From positions 310,001 through 374,000 of the forward strand of contig NIVC01000996.1 of the NCBI GenBank assembly GCA_002269645.1: a DNA stretch of 64,000 nt, in the 5' to 3' direction. The position numbers and the translations under genes are program-made. The notes below the pieces were generated by a model. That model saw only the letters and a program-made list of their open reading frames with translations. It did no database searches and had not been told where the DNA came from. Source of the DNA: Macrostomum lignano (Eukaryota). Shown one piece after another: positions 38,956 to 50,600 of this stretch (the first letter of the stretch is position 1; every line of letters starts with the position of its first letter).

Positions 38956-39016
<61 letters not shown>

Positions 39017-39028
39017 GTCTGGCTATCC

Positions 39029-39061
<33 letters not shown>

Positions 39062-39141
39062 CCTGTCTATCTGTCTGTCGGTCTATCCGTCTGTCTGTCT
39101 GTTTGTTTGTCTGTTTGTATGTCTGTCTGTCTGGCTATCCT

Positions 39142-39172
<31 letters not shown>

Positions 39173-39368
39173 ATCTGCCTGTCTGTCTGTCTGTCTGTCG
39201 GTCTATCCGTCTGTCTGTCTGTTTGTTTGTCTGTCTGTTTATCTGTCTGTCTTTCTGTCAATCTGTCTGTCTATCTGTCTGTCTGTCTGTTTGTTTGTCT
39301 GTTTGTTTGTCTGTCTGTTTGTCTGTCTTTCTGTCAATCTGTCAGCCTGTCTGTGTGCCTGCCTGTTT
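38673..39368. repeat. (TGTC)n microsatellite with repeated variant blocks
   Basis: Imperfect GTCT run; variants such as CTGGCTATCC and CGGTCTATCC recur. Confidence 0.95.
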
Positions 39369-39574
39369 CTCCGTATGAATCCAGTGCAACAAACGAAAAG
39401 GCTTCTTAGCGCAAAGGTCACCAGCAAGCAAACTACAACAGTCAGTAAGCTATCTAAACGTATAAAAATTTTTAAGTTAAAACAACCGCACAATAAAAGC
39501 TCTAATCCCATAGCCTATGATGTCTATACTGTGGCATTATAACCTAATAAATACCCGATTTCTAGCATACAGCA

Positions 39575-42500
39575 TCACACGGAGTCAGCAGCCTGATGAC
39601 CGCCCTCTCCTGAAGCAGCCTCCGCCGCGTCCCCGCCGCCGCCGCCTTTCACGGCGCAACAATTCGGCCTAGCAGCGCATTTATTGTTGCCGCAGTTGAT
39701 AAAACAGCCGGGGTTGTTGGCAAATCTGCCGCTGGTGTGGTTGCCACCCAAACGGGGAGTTGTGTGCTGGAGTGGTGCGACACAATATAAATTAAACTAT
39801 TGATTTTTGCAGGTTAAAAAGCATTTTTAAAATGTCGACTTGCCTCGTTGAACTCAGGCTGAATAGTGGTGCAGTGAATGTCGAAAGTGTGAAATATGTG
39901 CTTGGCAGCTCGGGACACGCTGATGTATTCGGCTGGAAATTAAATGTGCATTAATAAAATGCAAATATTGCAGAATTCAAGCTGTGGCGAAACTAAACCA
40001 CTGTGTAGTACTTCTCACACTCTGTCGTACTCTTAATGCTCTCTAGTCTCACCTGTCACCTTGCCCCTATCTACGTCTCCTCCCAGTCTCCCTCTCTCCC
40101 TCCTTTCCAGTCTCCCTCTCTCCCTCCCTCAGAGTCTCCCTCTCTCCCTCCATTCCAGTCCCCCTCTCTCCCTCCATTCCAGTCCCCCTCTCTCCCTCCA
40201 TTCCAGTCTCCCTCCCTCCCTCTCTCCCTCCCTCCCAGTCTCTCCCTCCATCACAGTCCCCCTCTCTTCCAGTCTTCCTCTCTCCCACCCTCCCAGTCTC
40301 CCTCCCTCCCTCCCAGTCTCCCTCTCTCCCTCCTTCCCAGTCTCCCTCCCTCCCAGTCTCCCTCTCTCCGTCTCTTCCAGTCTCCCTCTCTCCCTTCCTC
40401 ACAGTCTTCCTCTCTCCGTCTCTTCCAGTCTCCCTCTCTCCCTTCCTCACAGTCTTCCTCTCTCCGTCTCTTCCAGTCTCCCTCTCTCCCTTCCTCACAG
40501 TCTTCCTCTCTCCGTCTCTTCCAGTCTCCCTCTCTCCCTTCCTCACAGTCTTCCTCTCTCCCTCCATTCCAGTCTCCCTCTCCTTCCCAGTCTCCCTCTC
40601 CCCTCTCCCTCCTAGTCTCCCTCTCTCCCTCCCAGTCTCTCTTTCTCCCTTCCAGTCTCCCTCTCCCTTTCTTAGCTACTCACGCAGATCCCGACAGCGG
40701 ATGTGCACGGTGCCGATATAGCAATCTGACTGCAGCTGCCACACGTGCAAATCGTGCACTTGTAGGATGCCATCGAGCTACAAATTTTGAGTAGAAAAAA
40801 ACTATAATTGCTACTTACAGTACAATAGAAAATCTGCTATTGCAAATCAAAATGACAAACATTTTCCAATCTCTTCTGCAAATCGTCGAGTTTGATCTCT
40901 TTAGGCACCGTCTGCATCAGAATGTTGAGCGCTTTTAGAACTGAAATTTATTTAGAGAGCAAAGATTAGGTTGTTTATTGATTGATTTGACTATAGCATT
41001 TATCAGTCTTACCATCTACCTGTCAGTCTCACCATCTACCTGTCAGTCTCATCATCTACCTGTCAGTCTCACCATCTACCTGTCAGTCTCACCATCTAAC
41101 CTGTCAGTCTCACCGACTAACCTGTCAGTCTCACCATCTACATGTCAGTCTCACCATCTACCTGTCAGTCTCACCATCTACCTGTCAGTCTCATCATCTA
41201 CCTGTCAGTCTCACCATCTACCTGTCAGTCTCACCATCTAACCTGTCAGTCTCACCGACTAACCTGTCAGTCTCACCATCTACATGTCAGTCTCACCATC
41301 TACCTTTCAGTCTCACCATCTACCTGTCAGTCTCACCATCTACCTGTCAGTCTCACCATCTACCTATCAGTCTCACCGACTAACCTGTCAGTCTCACCAT
41401 CTACATGTCAGTCTCACCATCTACCTTTCAGTCTCACCATCTACCTGTCAGTCTCACCATCTACCTTTCAGTCTCACCATCTACCTGTCAGTCTCACCAT
41501 CTACCTGTCGGTCTCACCATCTAACCTGTCGGTCTCACCATCTACCTGTCGTTCTCACCATCTAACCTGTCGGTCTCACTATCAACCTGTCAATCTGACA
41601 AGCCATCAGCCAATCTGACAAGCCATTAGTCAATCTGACAAGCCATCAGTCAATCTGACAAGCCATCAGTCAATCTGACAACCCACTTGCCAAGTTGAAA
41701 ACCCATTTGCCAATCTGACAAGCCATCAGCCAATCTGACAAGCCATCAGTCAATCTGACAAGCCATCAGCCAATCTGACAAGCCATCAGCCAATCTGACA
41801 AGCCATCAGTCAATCTGACAAGCCATCAGTCAATCTGACAACCCACTTGCCAAGTTGAAAACCCATTTGCCAATCTGACAAGCCATCAGCCAATCTGACA
41901 AGCCATCAGCCAATCTGACAAGCCATCAGTCAATCTGACAACCCACTTGCCAAGTTGAAAACCCATTTGCCAATCTGACAAGCTATCAGCCAATCTGACA
42001 AGCCATCAGTCAATCTGACAAGCCATCAGTCAATCTGACAAGCCATCAGTCAATCTGACAAGCCATCAGCCAATCTGACAAGCCATCAGCCAATCTGACA
42101 AGCCATTAGCCAATCTGACAAGCCATCAGTCAATCTGACAAGCCATCAGCCAATCTGACAAGCCATCAGTCAATCTGACAAGCCATCAGTCAATCTGACA
42201 ACCCACTTGCCAAGTTGAAAACCCATTTGCCAATCTGACAAGCCATCAGCCAATCTGACAAGCCATCAGTCAATCTGACAACCCACTTGCCAAGTTGAAA
42301 ACCCATTTGCCAATCTGACAAGCCATCAGCCAATCTGACAAGCCATCAGTCAATCTGACAAGCCATCAGTCAATCTGACAACCCATCAGTCATTAAGACT
42401 ACAGTCTTAAAACAACAACAGTTGAAAAAGCAATAGAAATCCATCAAACCGAAAACCTACACAATGGTATAGTAGAGAACAACATAATGGCGACAAGCAG

Positions 42501-45500
42501 CAAACTAAGACTCGGATCGATATAAGTCTGCCAACGCCGGCCCGGCTCCTCAATTAAGCAGGTGTCATTGCCTAGCAACACGGCCCTGGCCTCGTACAGG
42601 TCGAGCGAATAGCCAGGCGGAGCGAGCCAGAGAGTCACGGCTGATACAATAACAATCACTGAGCCAAGGGTGTCGCCAATGATATGCAAAAATGCCGCCT
42701 GCATGTTCATGTGACCAGAGCCTGCGGATGTATCATAGAGGCAAAACATCTTTATAAATACTTTCGATACATATCGGCTTCGGAAATACTAATGCAATGT
42801 AGGTTTAATAATGAGTAAATAAATGCACAATACAAACAGAAAATTCTATAGAAAACTATAATAATACTACTGACTCTTTGTAGGCAGTAACAATGACAGC
42901 GAGTCAGGCTTATTTTTCATACTCATGATAACAAACACTTGCGCAGTGTGTTGAGTTAAAAAGAGCAAAAATGACTGAACAGACAAGTGATAGTTAATTA
43001 ATTAAACCAAAACGAGGTACTACGCCACTTTTAAAACGTTAAAAATAAATTTCAGACACAAAATCAAATTAATAAAATTGCATTTGATGTCAATAAGCTG
43101 CGCGTCTTCTCGGTCAACTTAAAGCGATGTTGTTTAAATCATTAATTCTATTTTTAGAAAAAAAATGAGTCATACTGATGACTGGAAGTGAGTCATACTG
43201 ATGACTGGAAGTGAGTCATACTGATGAATTGAAGTGAGTCATACCGATGACTGGAACTGAGTCATACTGATGACTTGAAGTGAGTCATACCGATGACTGG
43301 AAATGAGTCATACTGATGACTGGAAGTGAGTCATACTGATGAATTGTAGTGAGTCATACTGATGACTGTGAATCATACTGATGAATTGAAGTGAGTCATA
43401 CTGATGAATTGAAGTGAGTCATACTGATAACTTGAATTGAGTCATACTGATGACTTGAATTGAGTCATACTGATGACTGGAAGTGAGTCATACTGATGAA
43501 TTGTAGTGAGTCATACCGATGACTGGAACTGAGTCATACTAATGACTGGAAGTGAGTCATACTGATGACTTGAAACGAGTTAAGTAAGTCGAGAGATTTC
43601 GCAATGAAAAAGTGGGTCAGTTCTACTCTAAGCAACGTCACCTCAAATTAGCAAGGTTATTAGGTAGTAGGCCGAGAGAAAGTGAGAATAACCACGCAAA
43701 AAGTACAACTGAGCATGCAGATAGGCAAGAAACATCGAGAGAAAGTACCAGTAAAAAAGTTTATATTTTCTTTTTACGGGTTAATATGGACTGTGGAGAA
43801 CTGAACTATAATACTAAGGCAAGTATTTGGCTCTGACCACACTGACCCAACAACTCCTATCTTGACCTAGCATGACCCACATTGACCCAACAACTCCTAT
43901 CTCGACCTAGCATGACCCACATTGACCCAACAATTCCTATCTTGACCTAGATTTATCCACATAGAGTCAACAACTCCCATCTTAACCTAGCATGACCCAA
44001 ATTGGCCCAACAGCTACAATCTTGACCTAGCATGACTCACAATGACCCAAGAGCTCCTATCTTGACCTAGCATAACCCACGTTGACCCGAAACCTCCTAT
44101 CTCGACCTAGCATGACGCAAAATAACCCGAGTGGCTAAAATCTTACAAAATACTAATTAAGAGTAAGATGGCATTTAAAAAGCTTCCACGATCGGGTTAA
44201 TTCCACTGATTGAGGAAAATCCGACTCCTTACCGCGAGACGCGCCAACCTCATGGCTGTGTCCGTGCCCTCCGCCGCCCCCGCCGCCGCTTCCAGCATCC
44301 AAAGCGACATCATCGCCTTCGCCTTGATCAACCTCGTCAATTTCTGACGGCCTAGGCAGAGCGTTAGGCAGCCAGGACGGCCCAAGCGAGCCTCGGCGCA
44401 AACTAGCAACGCTGTGCTCAACGGCAGCCAGAAGCGAAGGCGATGAAGCCCTATCGGAAGCTGGAGCGACTGGATGAGCAGCGGAGGTTGAGGCGGCCGG
44501 CGAGGTTTGCTCAATTAGAATCGGCACGGCGGCTTCACAGAAATATTAGTCAAAAGGGATAGAAAAGTTCAGAAATAATCAATGAAGATACTTACTAAAA
44601 GTAGTGTATGTGTAATTTGCGTAGAAAAAATCGAAAAATTAAAGAATAACAACTTAAACCAAAACAGAGCCTATGGGTACCGCTTTTAAACACTATAAAT
44701 TTATAACACGCTTATATGGTCCCTGGTTAACGAAATTGCTTAACTGCCAAACTGTTACGAATAATACAATATGGGTTTTTAAAACACATAGGGGAATCAG
44801 ACTGGAGAGGTCACTGGGGGGAGGGGAGAGAGATGGAGAAGGGAGACAAAGAGAGAGAGAGAGCGGGGGGAGGGAAGAAGTGAGGGAGAGAAATGAGGAA
44901 GAGGGGAAGGGAGAGAGGAAAAGCTGAGAGGAGAGAGGGGGAGGGGAGATAAGAGGGGGAGAGGAGGAAGTAAGGAGATGAGAGAGGAGGGAGATGAGGG
45001 GGAGATGGAAGGGACAGAGAGATGAGAGGACAAAGATCAACGAAAGAAATATAAAATAAGTGTTTCTGCAAGTTGGCCCTTAAAAAATTGTGAAGCAAAC
45101 ACGATACAATTAACCGCTTGTAAATAAAGTTCGTGTGTGTCTGAATAATCGAAGCAGCTGCAGCTGCAAAGAAAGAGAACGCATTAAAGGACAGACATCA
45201 ACCCTAAATAAGGAAGCTTTCAACTGGGAAGGAGCCAAGGCGAAGGAGTCGCAGCAGAAATGTGAAAAATATTCACAGAATGCGCATACCTTCCAGCTAA
45301 CTGCACCCTAGGCCATGGGGTGCTGAAAGTTCTTAGCCTTTCTAATATAACAGTTCAAATACAAATGTAACAGTATTGCTTATGCAACGAATACAATCAA
45401 AGTAATTTTACTTCTGCTGTTTATGCAGAGTAAAACGTAGTTTTTCCTTTTAGGTTAACACAAGTTAGTGACCGGATACGAGGAAAGAGGAGAAAGGATG

Positions 45501-47614
45501 AGGTGAAGAGAGGGGGACACGTAGAGAGACAGGGAAATGGAGACAGAGTAAGGGAGAGGGAGAGGTGGAGAGGGAGACGAATGAGACAAAGAGAGGGAGA
45601 CAAAGACAGGGAGACAAGGAAAGGTAGAGGGGGAGATGGAGACAGGGAGAGGTAGAGAGGGAGGGAGACAGGGAGAGGTAGACAGTGAGAGGCAAAGAGG
45701 GGGATGGAGACATGGAGAGGGAGACAGGGAGAGGGAGACGGAGAGGCAGATAGGGAGAGGGAGACAGGGAGACGTAAGAGGGAGAGGTAGAGAGGGAGAT
45801 GGAGACAGGGAGAGGTAGAAAGGGAGGGAGACAGGGAGAGGTAGACAGTGAGAGGCAAAGAGGGGGATGGAGACAGGGAGAGGGAGAGAGGGAGACAGGG
45901 AGAGGTAGATAGGGAGAAGGAGACAGGGAGACGTAAGAGGGAGAGGGAGATGGAGACAGGGAAAGGTAGAGAGGGAGGGAGACAGGGAGAGGAAGACAGG
46001 GAGAGGGAGACAGGAAGAGGGAGACAGGTAGAGGGAGACAAGGAGAGGGAGATGGAGACAGGGAGAGGGAGACAGGAAGAGGAAGACAGGGGGAGGTAGA
46101 TAGGTAGAGGGAGACAAGGAGAGGGAGATGGAGAGGTAGAGATAAATAGAGTGGGAGACTATAATTACGTAGAGTATATACAAGGAGACAGGTTGGAGAG
46201 GTCACTGCCTCAGCTAGCATTTACTTCTGAATAATAAGTATATTTATATGCAGCAATTTTTTAAACCACAAAGTTTATTTAGCTAAAGCAATATTAAATT
46301 AAATTTATTAAACAGTTTAAGGAATCAAAACCGAGACAAAAAGTTTATTTACAGCGAATCATTAAATAGCTCACCGGAACTTGTTGCGACTGCACCGGAA
46401 GCAGCAGCAGCAGCAGCAGTAGCGCCGGCGGTCGCACGCTTTGGACTGGCATTGTCTTGCTCATCCATGCACTCGACTTTCATTGGCTCGTCACCGGCCT
46501 CTGCTGCCGCGGCCTGCGCCATTGGCCGAGCCTCCTCTGGTAGAAATTCCACCGATTTGTGCTGCATCAGCAGCTCCGCTTGATGCTTTGGGAATGAGAA
46601 AGGTAATCAGCTGGGACTGATTGACACTCTGGTGAGGCTGGGTATGGGATCTGAGGAGACTGGCTATGGGATTCGGGGAGACTGGGTATGGGATTCGGTG
46701 AGACTGGGTATGGGATCTGAAGAGACTGGGCATGGGATTTGAGGAGACTAGGTATGGAATTCACATGTGATTGAGATGAAGGGAGACAGCGATTGAGATG
46801 AAGGGAGACAGTGATTGTGATGAAGGGAGGCTGTGATTGAGATGAAGGGAGACTGTGATCAAGATGAAGACAGTGATCAAGATGAAGGGAGACAGTAATT
46901 GAGATGAAGGGAGACCGTGATCAAGATGGAGACAGTGATCAAGATGAAGGGAGACAGTGATTGAGATGAAGGCAGACAGTGATCAAGATGAAGGGAGACA
47001 GCGATTGAGATGAAGGGAGACAGTGATCAAGATGAAGGGAGACAGTGATCAAGATAAAGGGAGACAGTGATTGAGATGAAGGGAGGCAGTGATTGAGATG
47101 ATGTGAAACAGTGATTGAGATGAAGGGAGACTAGTGCTACATGAATAACTGCAAAACAGCAATTAATAATTACCGAATGTTCAGATGCATGGCCGCCATG
47201 CCCGTGGCTGTGACCGCAGAATAGCAAAATACCAATCAGGTTAATGAGCAGGCCGCCAGAGCCAACATAGACAATGAGTTTTGGATCTTTCATCGGATGC
47301 GGTTCAATAATCTTCTGAACAGCTTCAATAATGATAGTGAAGCACAGAGTCACTAGCATGACAGTGTTAACCAATGTACCCAATATTTCAGCACGTTGGA
47401 AGCCGTAAGTATGCCGACCATCTCTTGGCTTCTTGCCAACCCGAACAGCCCCCAGAGCGACAATCAGTGCTAGAACATCTGACAGCATGTGAAACGAATC
47501 GGCAACCAAAGTGACCGAATCGCACAGGTGGCCAACAACTAATTCTACAGCAAAATAGGCTAGAGCCATGATTATCATCAGGCCTAGACGATGAGTCTTA
47601 CTCAGGTGGAACAT
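39575..47614 (-). CDS. SLC30A1: ZnT1/SLC30A1-like cation diffusion facilitator zinc exporter; 8 coding exons (47614-47174, 46585-46375, 44532-44233, 42721-42461, 40940-40861, 40777-40684, 39932-39844, 39766-39575), 1668 nt, 555 aa
   Basis: All exon phases join in frame. Motifs include TM2 SFHMLSD and TM5 FLHIIGD (HD-HD zinc site A), TYGFQRAEILG, a His-rich loop, LMQTVP, VHDLHVWQL, IHCTTIQPEF, and the ZnT1-type C-terminal CFINCGNNKCAARPNCC. Confidence 0.92.
40075..40665. repeat. CT-rich ~24-bp minisatellite (CAGTCTCCCTCTCTCCCTCCATTC-like), ZnT1 intron 6
   Basis: Read directly; it fills most of the 751-bp intron. Confidence 0.9.
41003..41580. repeat. 20/21-bp minisatellite ACCTGTCAGTCTCACCATCT, ZnT1 intron 4
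   Basis: Read directly. Confidence 0.95.
41591..42390. repeat. 20-bp minisatellite CAATCTGACAAGCCATCAG[C/T] with a recurring 40-bp variant block, ZnT1 intron 4
   Basis: The variant CAATCTGACAACCCACTTGCCAAGTTGAAAACCCATTTGC recurs five times. Confidence 0.95.
43166..43575. repeat. 23-bp minisatellite TGAGTCATACTGATGACTGGAAG, ZnT1 intron 3 (17 perfect TGAGTCA)
   Basis: Units start at 43166, 43189, 43212 ... 43553. One unit is shortened and carries TGAATCA. Confidence 0.95.
43841..44120. repeat. 40-bp minisatellite built of 10-bp subunits (CTTGACCTAG CATGACCCAC ATTGACCCAA CAACTCCTAT), ZnT1 intron 3
   Basis: CTTGACCTAG-like anchor at 43861, 43901, 43941, 43981, 44021, 44061 and 44101. Confidence 0.93.
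44810..46160. repeat. GA-rich low-complexity/minisatellite tracts (44810-45030, 45480-46160), ZnT1 intron 2
   Basis: Recurring GAGATGGAGACAGGGAGAGGTAG-like units. Confidence 0.9.
46625..47135. repeat. Two adjacent ~22-bp minisatellites (GAGACTGGGTATGGGAT..; GTGATTGAGATGAAGGGAGACA), ZnT1 intron 1
   Basis: They fill ~510 of the 588-bp intron. Confidence 0.9.
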
Positions 47615-50600
47615 GGCTGATTGATGCACTTATTGGTTATATTGGACAGTCTAAAAACTCTTAATGCTGATGACCAATTGCTGTGGGAAATGCAAAGAAT
47701 ATATCAGTTTTTATTAAGTGTGTGACTTTATCAACCTTCGATGTCATAAGTTTAACATAGTAGTTTAATAAAGATTACAAGTTAAATGCCATATGGGAAA
47801 AGAATGGAAGCAATTGCTTGCTAAAAAGTGCTTGACTCTATAAAACACAGAAAATCTTGATTGCAAGAACTGAAATCTCATTAACTGACACAGTTAGGTT
47901 CATAGTTTTAGATTTTAAAAACTATAACTAGTCATTAATCTACCTGACAAAAGCCAAGAATCTGAAAGAACAGGGTGGTACCCATCCTAGCTGAAAGGCT
48001 GCTCTAGTTTGTGAAAGCTTGCTTTTAGCAGATTTAGTCGCTTTATTATCTTATGCTTTGTCTGCTCCAATGTTGCTGGGCATATATTTGGGAAAAAATT
48101 CTCATTGCTTTTAGTCTTATAAGCAACTGTTTGCTAACTGTTATTAGAGCGAAGGGCACTATAGAAGGCTTTTTCAAACATAATTGTAAGATCCCTACTT
48201 TGTTGCTTATATTAAGCAGTCAAATTGCATAGGAAAATAAATTTCTTTTCTGTCCATCAACCATATATGTATACTTAGCCTATTGTATAAGTGAGACAAT
48301 ATTCCTACACTAACACTTAGGTAACACTTATTTGTTTCAGCTGCTATCTCAAAGATGCACAGAGGTCAGAAGCCTGCCAAGCACATGGAGGAGATTGCAA
48401 CTATCTCTATCCTGAAACTGCACATGACAGAGTGGGAGGCTGTCAAAAGTTTCACAATTTCTTAGTGGTAGCAGCTGTATTGGCAATAATGAACATCTGA
48501 CATGGCAGAGAACAAATAGATATGGAAAAGCCATTGCACTGTTGACAATAATAAACAAGTATGCTTGACAATTCCAGTAACTACAACATAAATGGAGTGC
48601 AGTTTTTTAAAATGCATTTAATCAAGACATACTTGAGAAGTAAAATGTCATCTTCTTGATTTTCACATTTGCTTCTTTTGTCTATTGAAAACAAAAGAGC
48701 TTTAGGAATTGATCTTAACTGTTATGTTTATAAATTTGCTTCTGCCCATTATAATAGGCAAATAAGTCTTACATGATTTTATGATTAATTTTGCTTGCCA
48801 AGAAAATTTACATTTGCTATACCTACTTGGCTCATGTACATGTATAGCATTATAGGATATGTATGTTTCTTTTTGCATCTTTACTCTGTACATAGTATAT
48901 TTAAGCATATTATATTGCTTGTACTTTTTCACTTATAACTCACACATGTCATTGTTATTTGCTACTTGTTTCATATAGCATTAAAAAGTATAGTATGAGT
49001 ATACCTACCTTTGATTAAATTGATAGCTTGATTGATAGCTTGATTGATTAGCTCATTGATTAAATGAGCTAATTTGTTTTAAATATACATATATTATATT
49101 TATTAAATAGACATGTACATATGCATGTATGCATATTATTGTTAATTGTTATATATAGTAGAGTACTAAGTATGTTAGAATATAGGCAATAAAGTATTAC
49201 TGTATATGCATATTCAAGTTCCTATTAAGTTTTTACTAAACCTATCATTAGTCATCAAATGTATTGTACTTTATGCACATAAACTCAGCAATACACAAAA
49301 GTTTCCTCTTTTTTCTAGGAAGACTTTTATCTCTTAGTTAAACAAGCAAAGTTTAAACAATCAAATCTTGCTTGAATTAGTTGTTCTGACTAAGAAACTC
49401 TTAATACTATTGTTTTGATATTTACTTCCTTTTTAATCATTTTAATTAGTGCTATAGATCTTAAAAAAGAGGAAATAAATCATTTGCAAGATGAATTAGT
49501 GCTTAATGATAACAACAATGACAAATTTGATCACAAGGAAACCAAAGAAGGCAAGTTGTCTGCTTTCAAGTATAAAAAACCCAGCCTTACCCCCTTGGAT
49601 TCAGGGCTAAATTAGCCTCAATAATTGTTCACCCAGTGAATATAACATTCCAGGAGCAAAAGCAATTATTAAAATGATAGACTGAAGCATTTATAAATAA
49701 CAGCCTTAAGATTGCTCAATGGTAGTCACTAGGAGCCCAACTAGCAATAATGTTATCAATATAACAGGTGCCTAGCCTTCAACTTTTAAACTATCTTGGT
49801 TTATAGGCCAGAAAGTCTCATTTGCTACTATAAGATCCTAGGCTAAGTAGGCAGTTGATATCAAGGTCACCTGCACATATAATTATAAAACAGCAATTCA
49901 TGATATTGCTACCTAATTATAATTTCCTGCCTAAACATCTGCCAAGGATGAGATATTTGGCCAATTAGACACTAAATTTGCAAACTTTGGAGTTTAATAA
50001 GCCAACAATAGAGGTTGAGATCACTCCAGAGCCTCTGATAAAGATACAACTGCAAGAGATTGACAGAGACTTGCAAGATAATCAATGAACTGCCTAAGAA
50101 GCTCTATGCAGGATACTTGTGCCATATAAATATCATTAAAATTAACTTTGTTTAAGTAGGACAATATTGGCTAGATATTATACCATTGCCAATTCATTAT
50201 TGCTTAGAGATTTGGCCAATGCTGCATAAGCTACAAAGGATGTGGCCTGATTAAGCCATCGCTGCATGGCAATGCAATATCACACATGTGGTACATGACC
50301 TCTGTTGGGATGTTTGCTGCTTAAACCAAGAGAACACTAAGACAAAAGCCTTGTGGATAGGTCAGGAATGCAGCTGGTCCTATTCTGATTGAATCCCAAG
50401 AGAACTATAAGGACTATATTAAACTTTATATGTAGATAGCTTGCCTTGCTTTTTTATTAAAATTTTCATCTGTAAATGAGTTTTAAAATTTCATTTAAAG
50501 AAAGATAGATAAGGCAATGCTTTTAAACAAAATATTTTAGTAGCATATAAGGTAGTAATATTTTTAGTATATGTTTTAGTAGTTTATAATACTTATTATT

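Noticed and set aside
50050-50400. Reverse-transcriptase remnant (NTKTKALWIG, like RTE/CR1 INxxKTKxM)
   Set aside because: The single short motif lies amid stops and frameshifts, too degraded to call without an HMM search. The same applies to 8990-9120 and 53160-53640.
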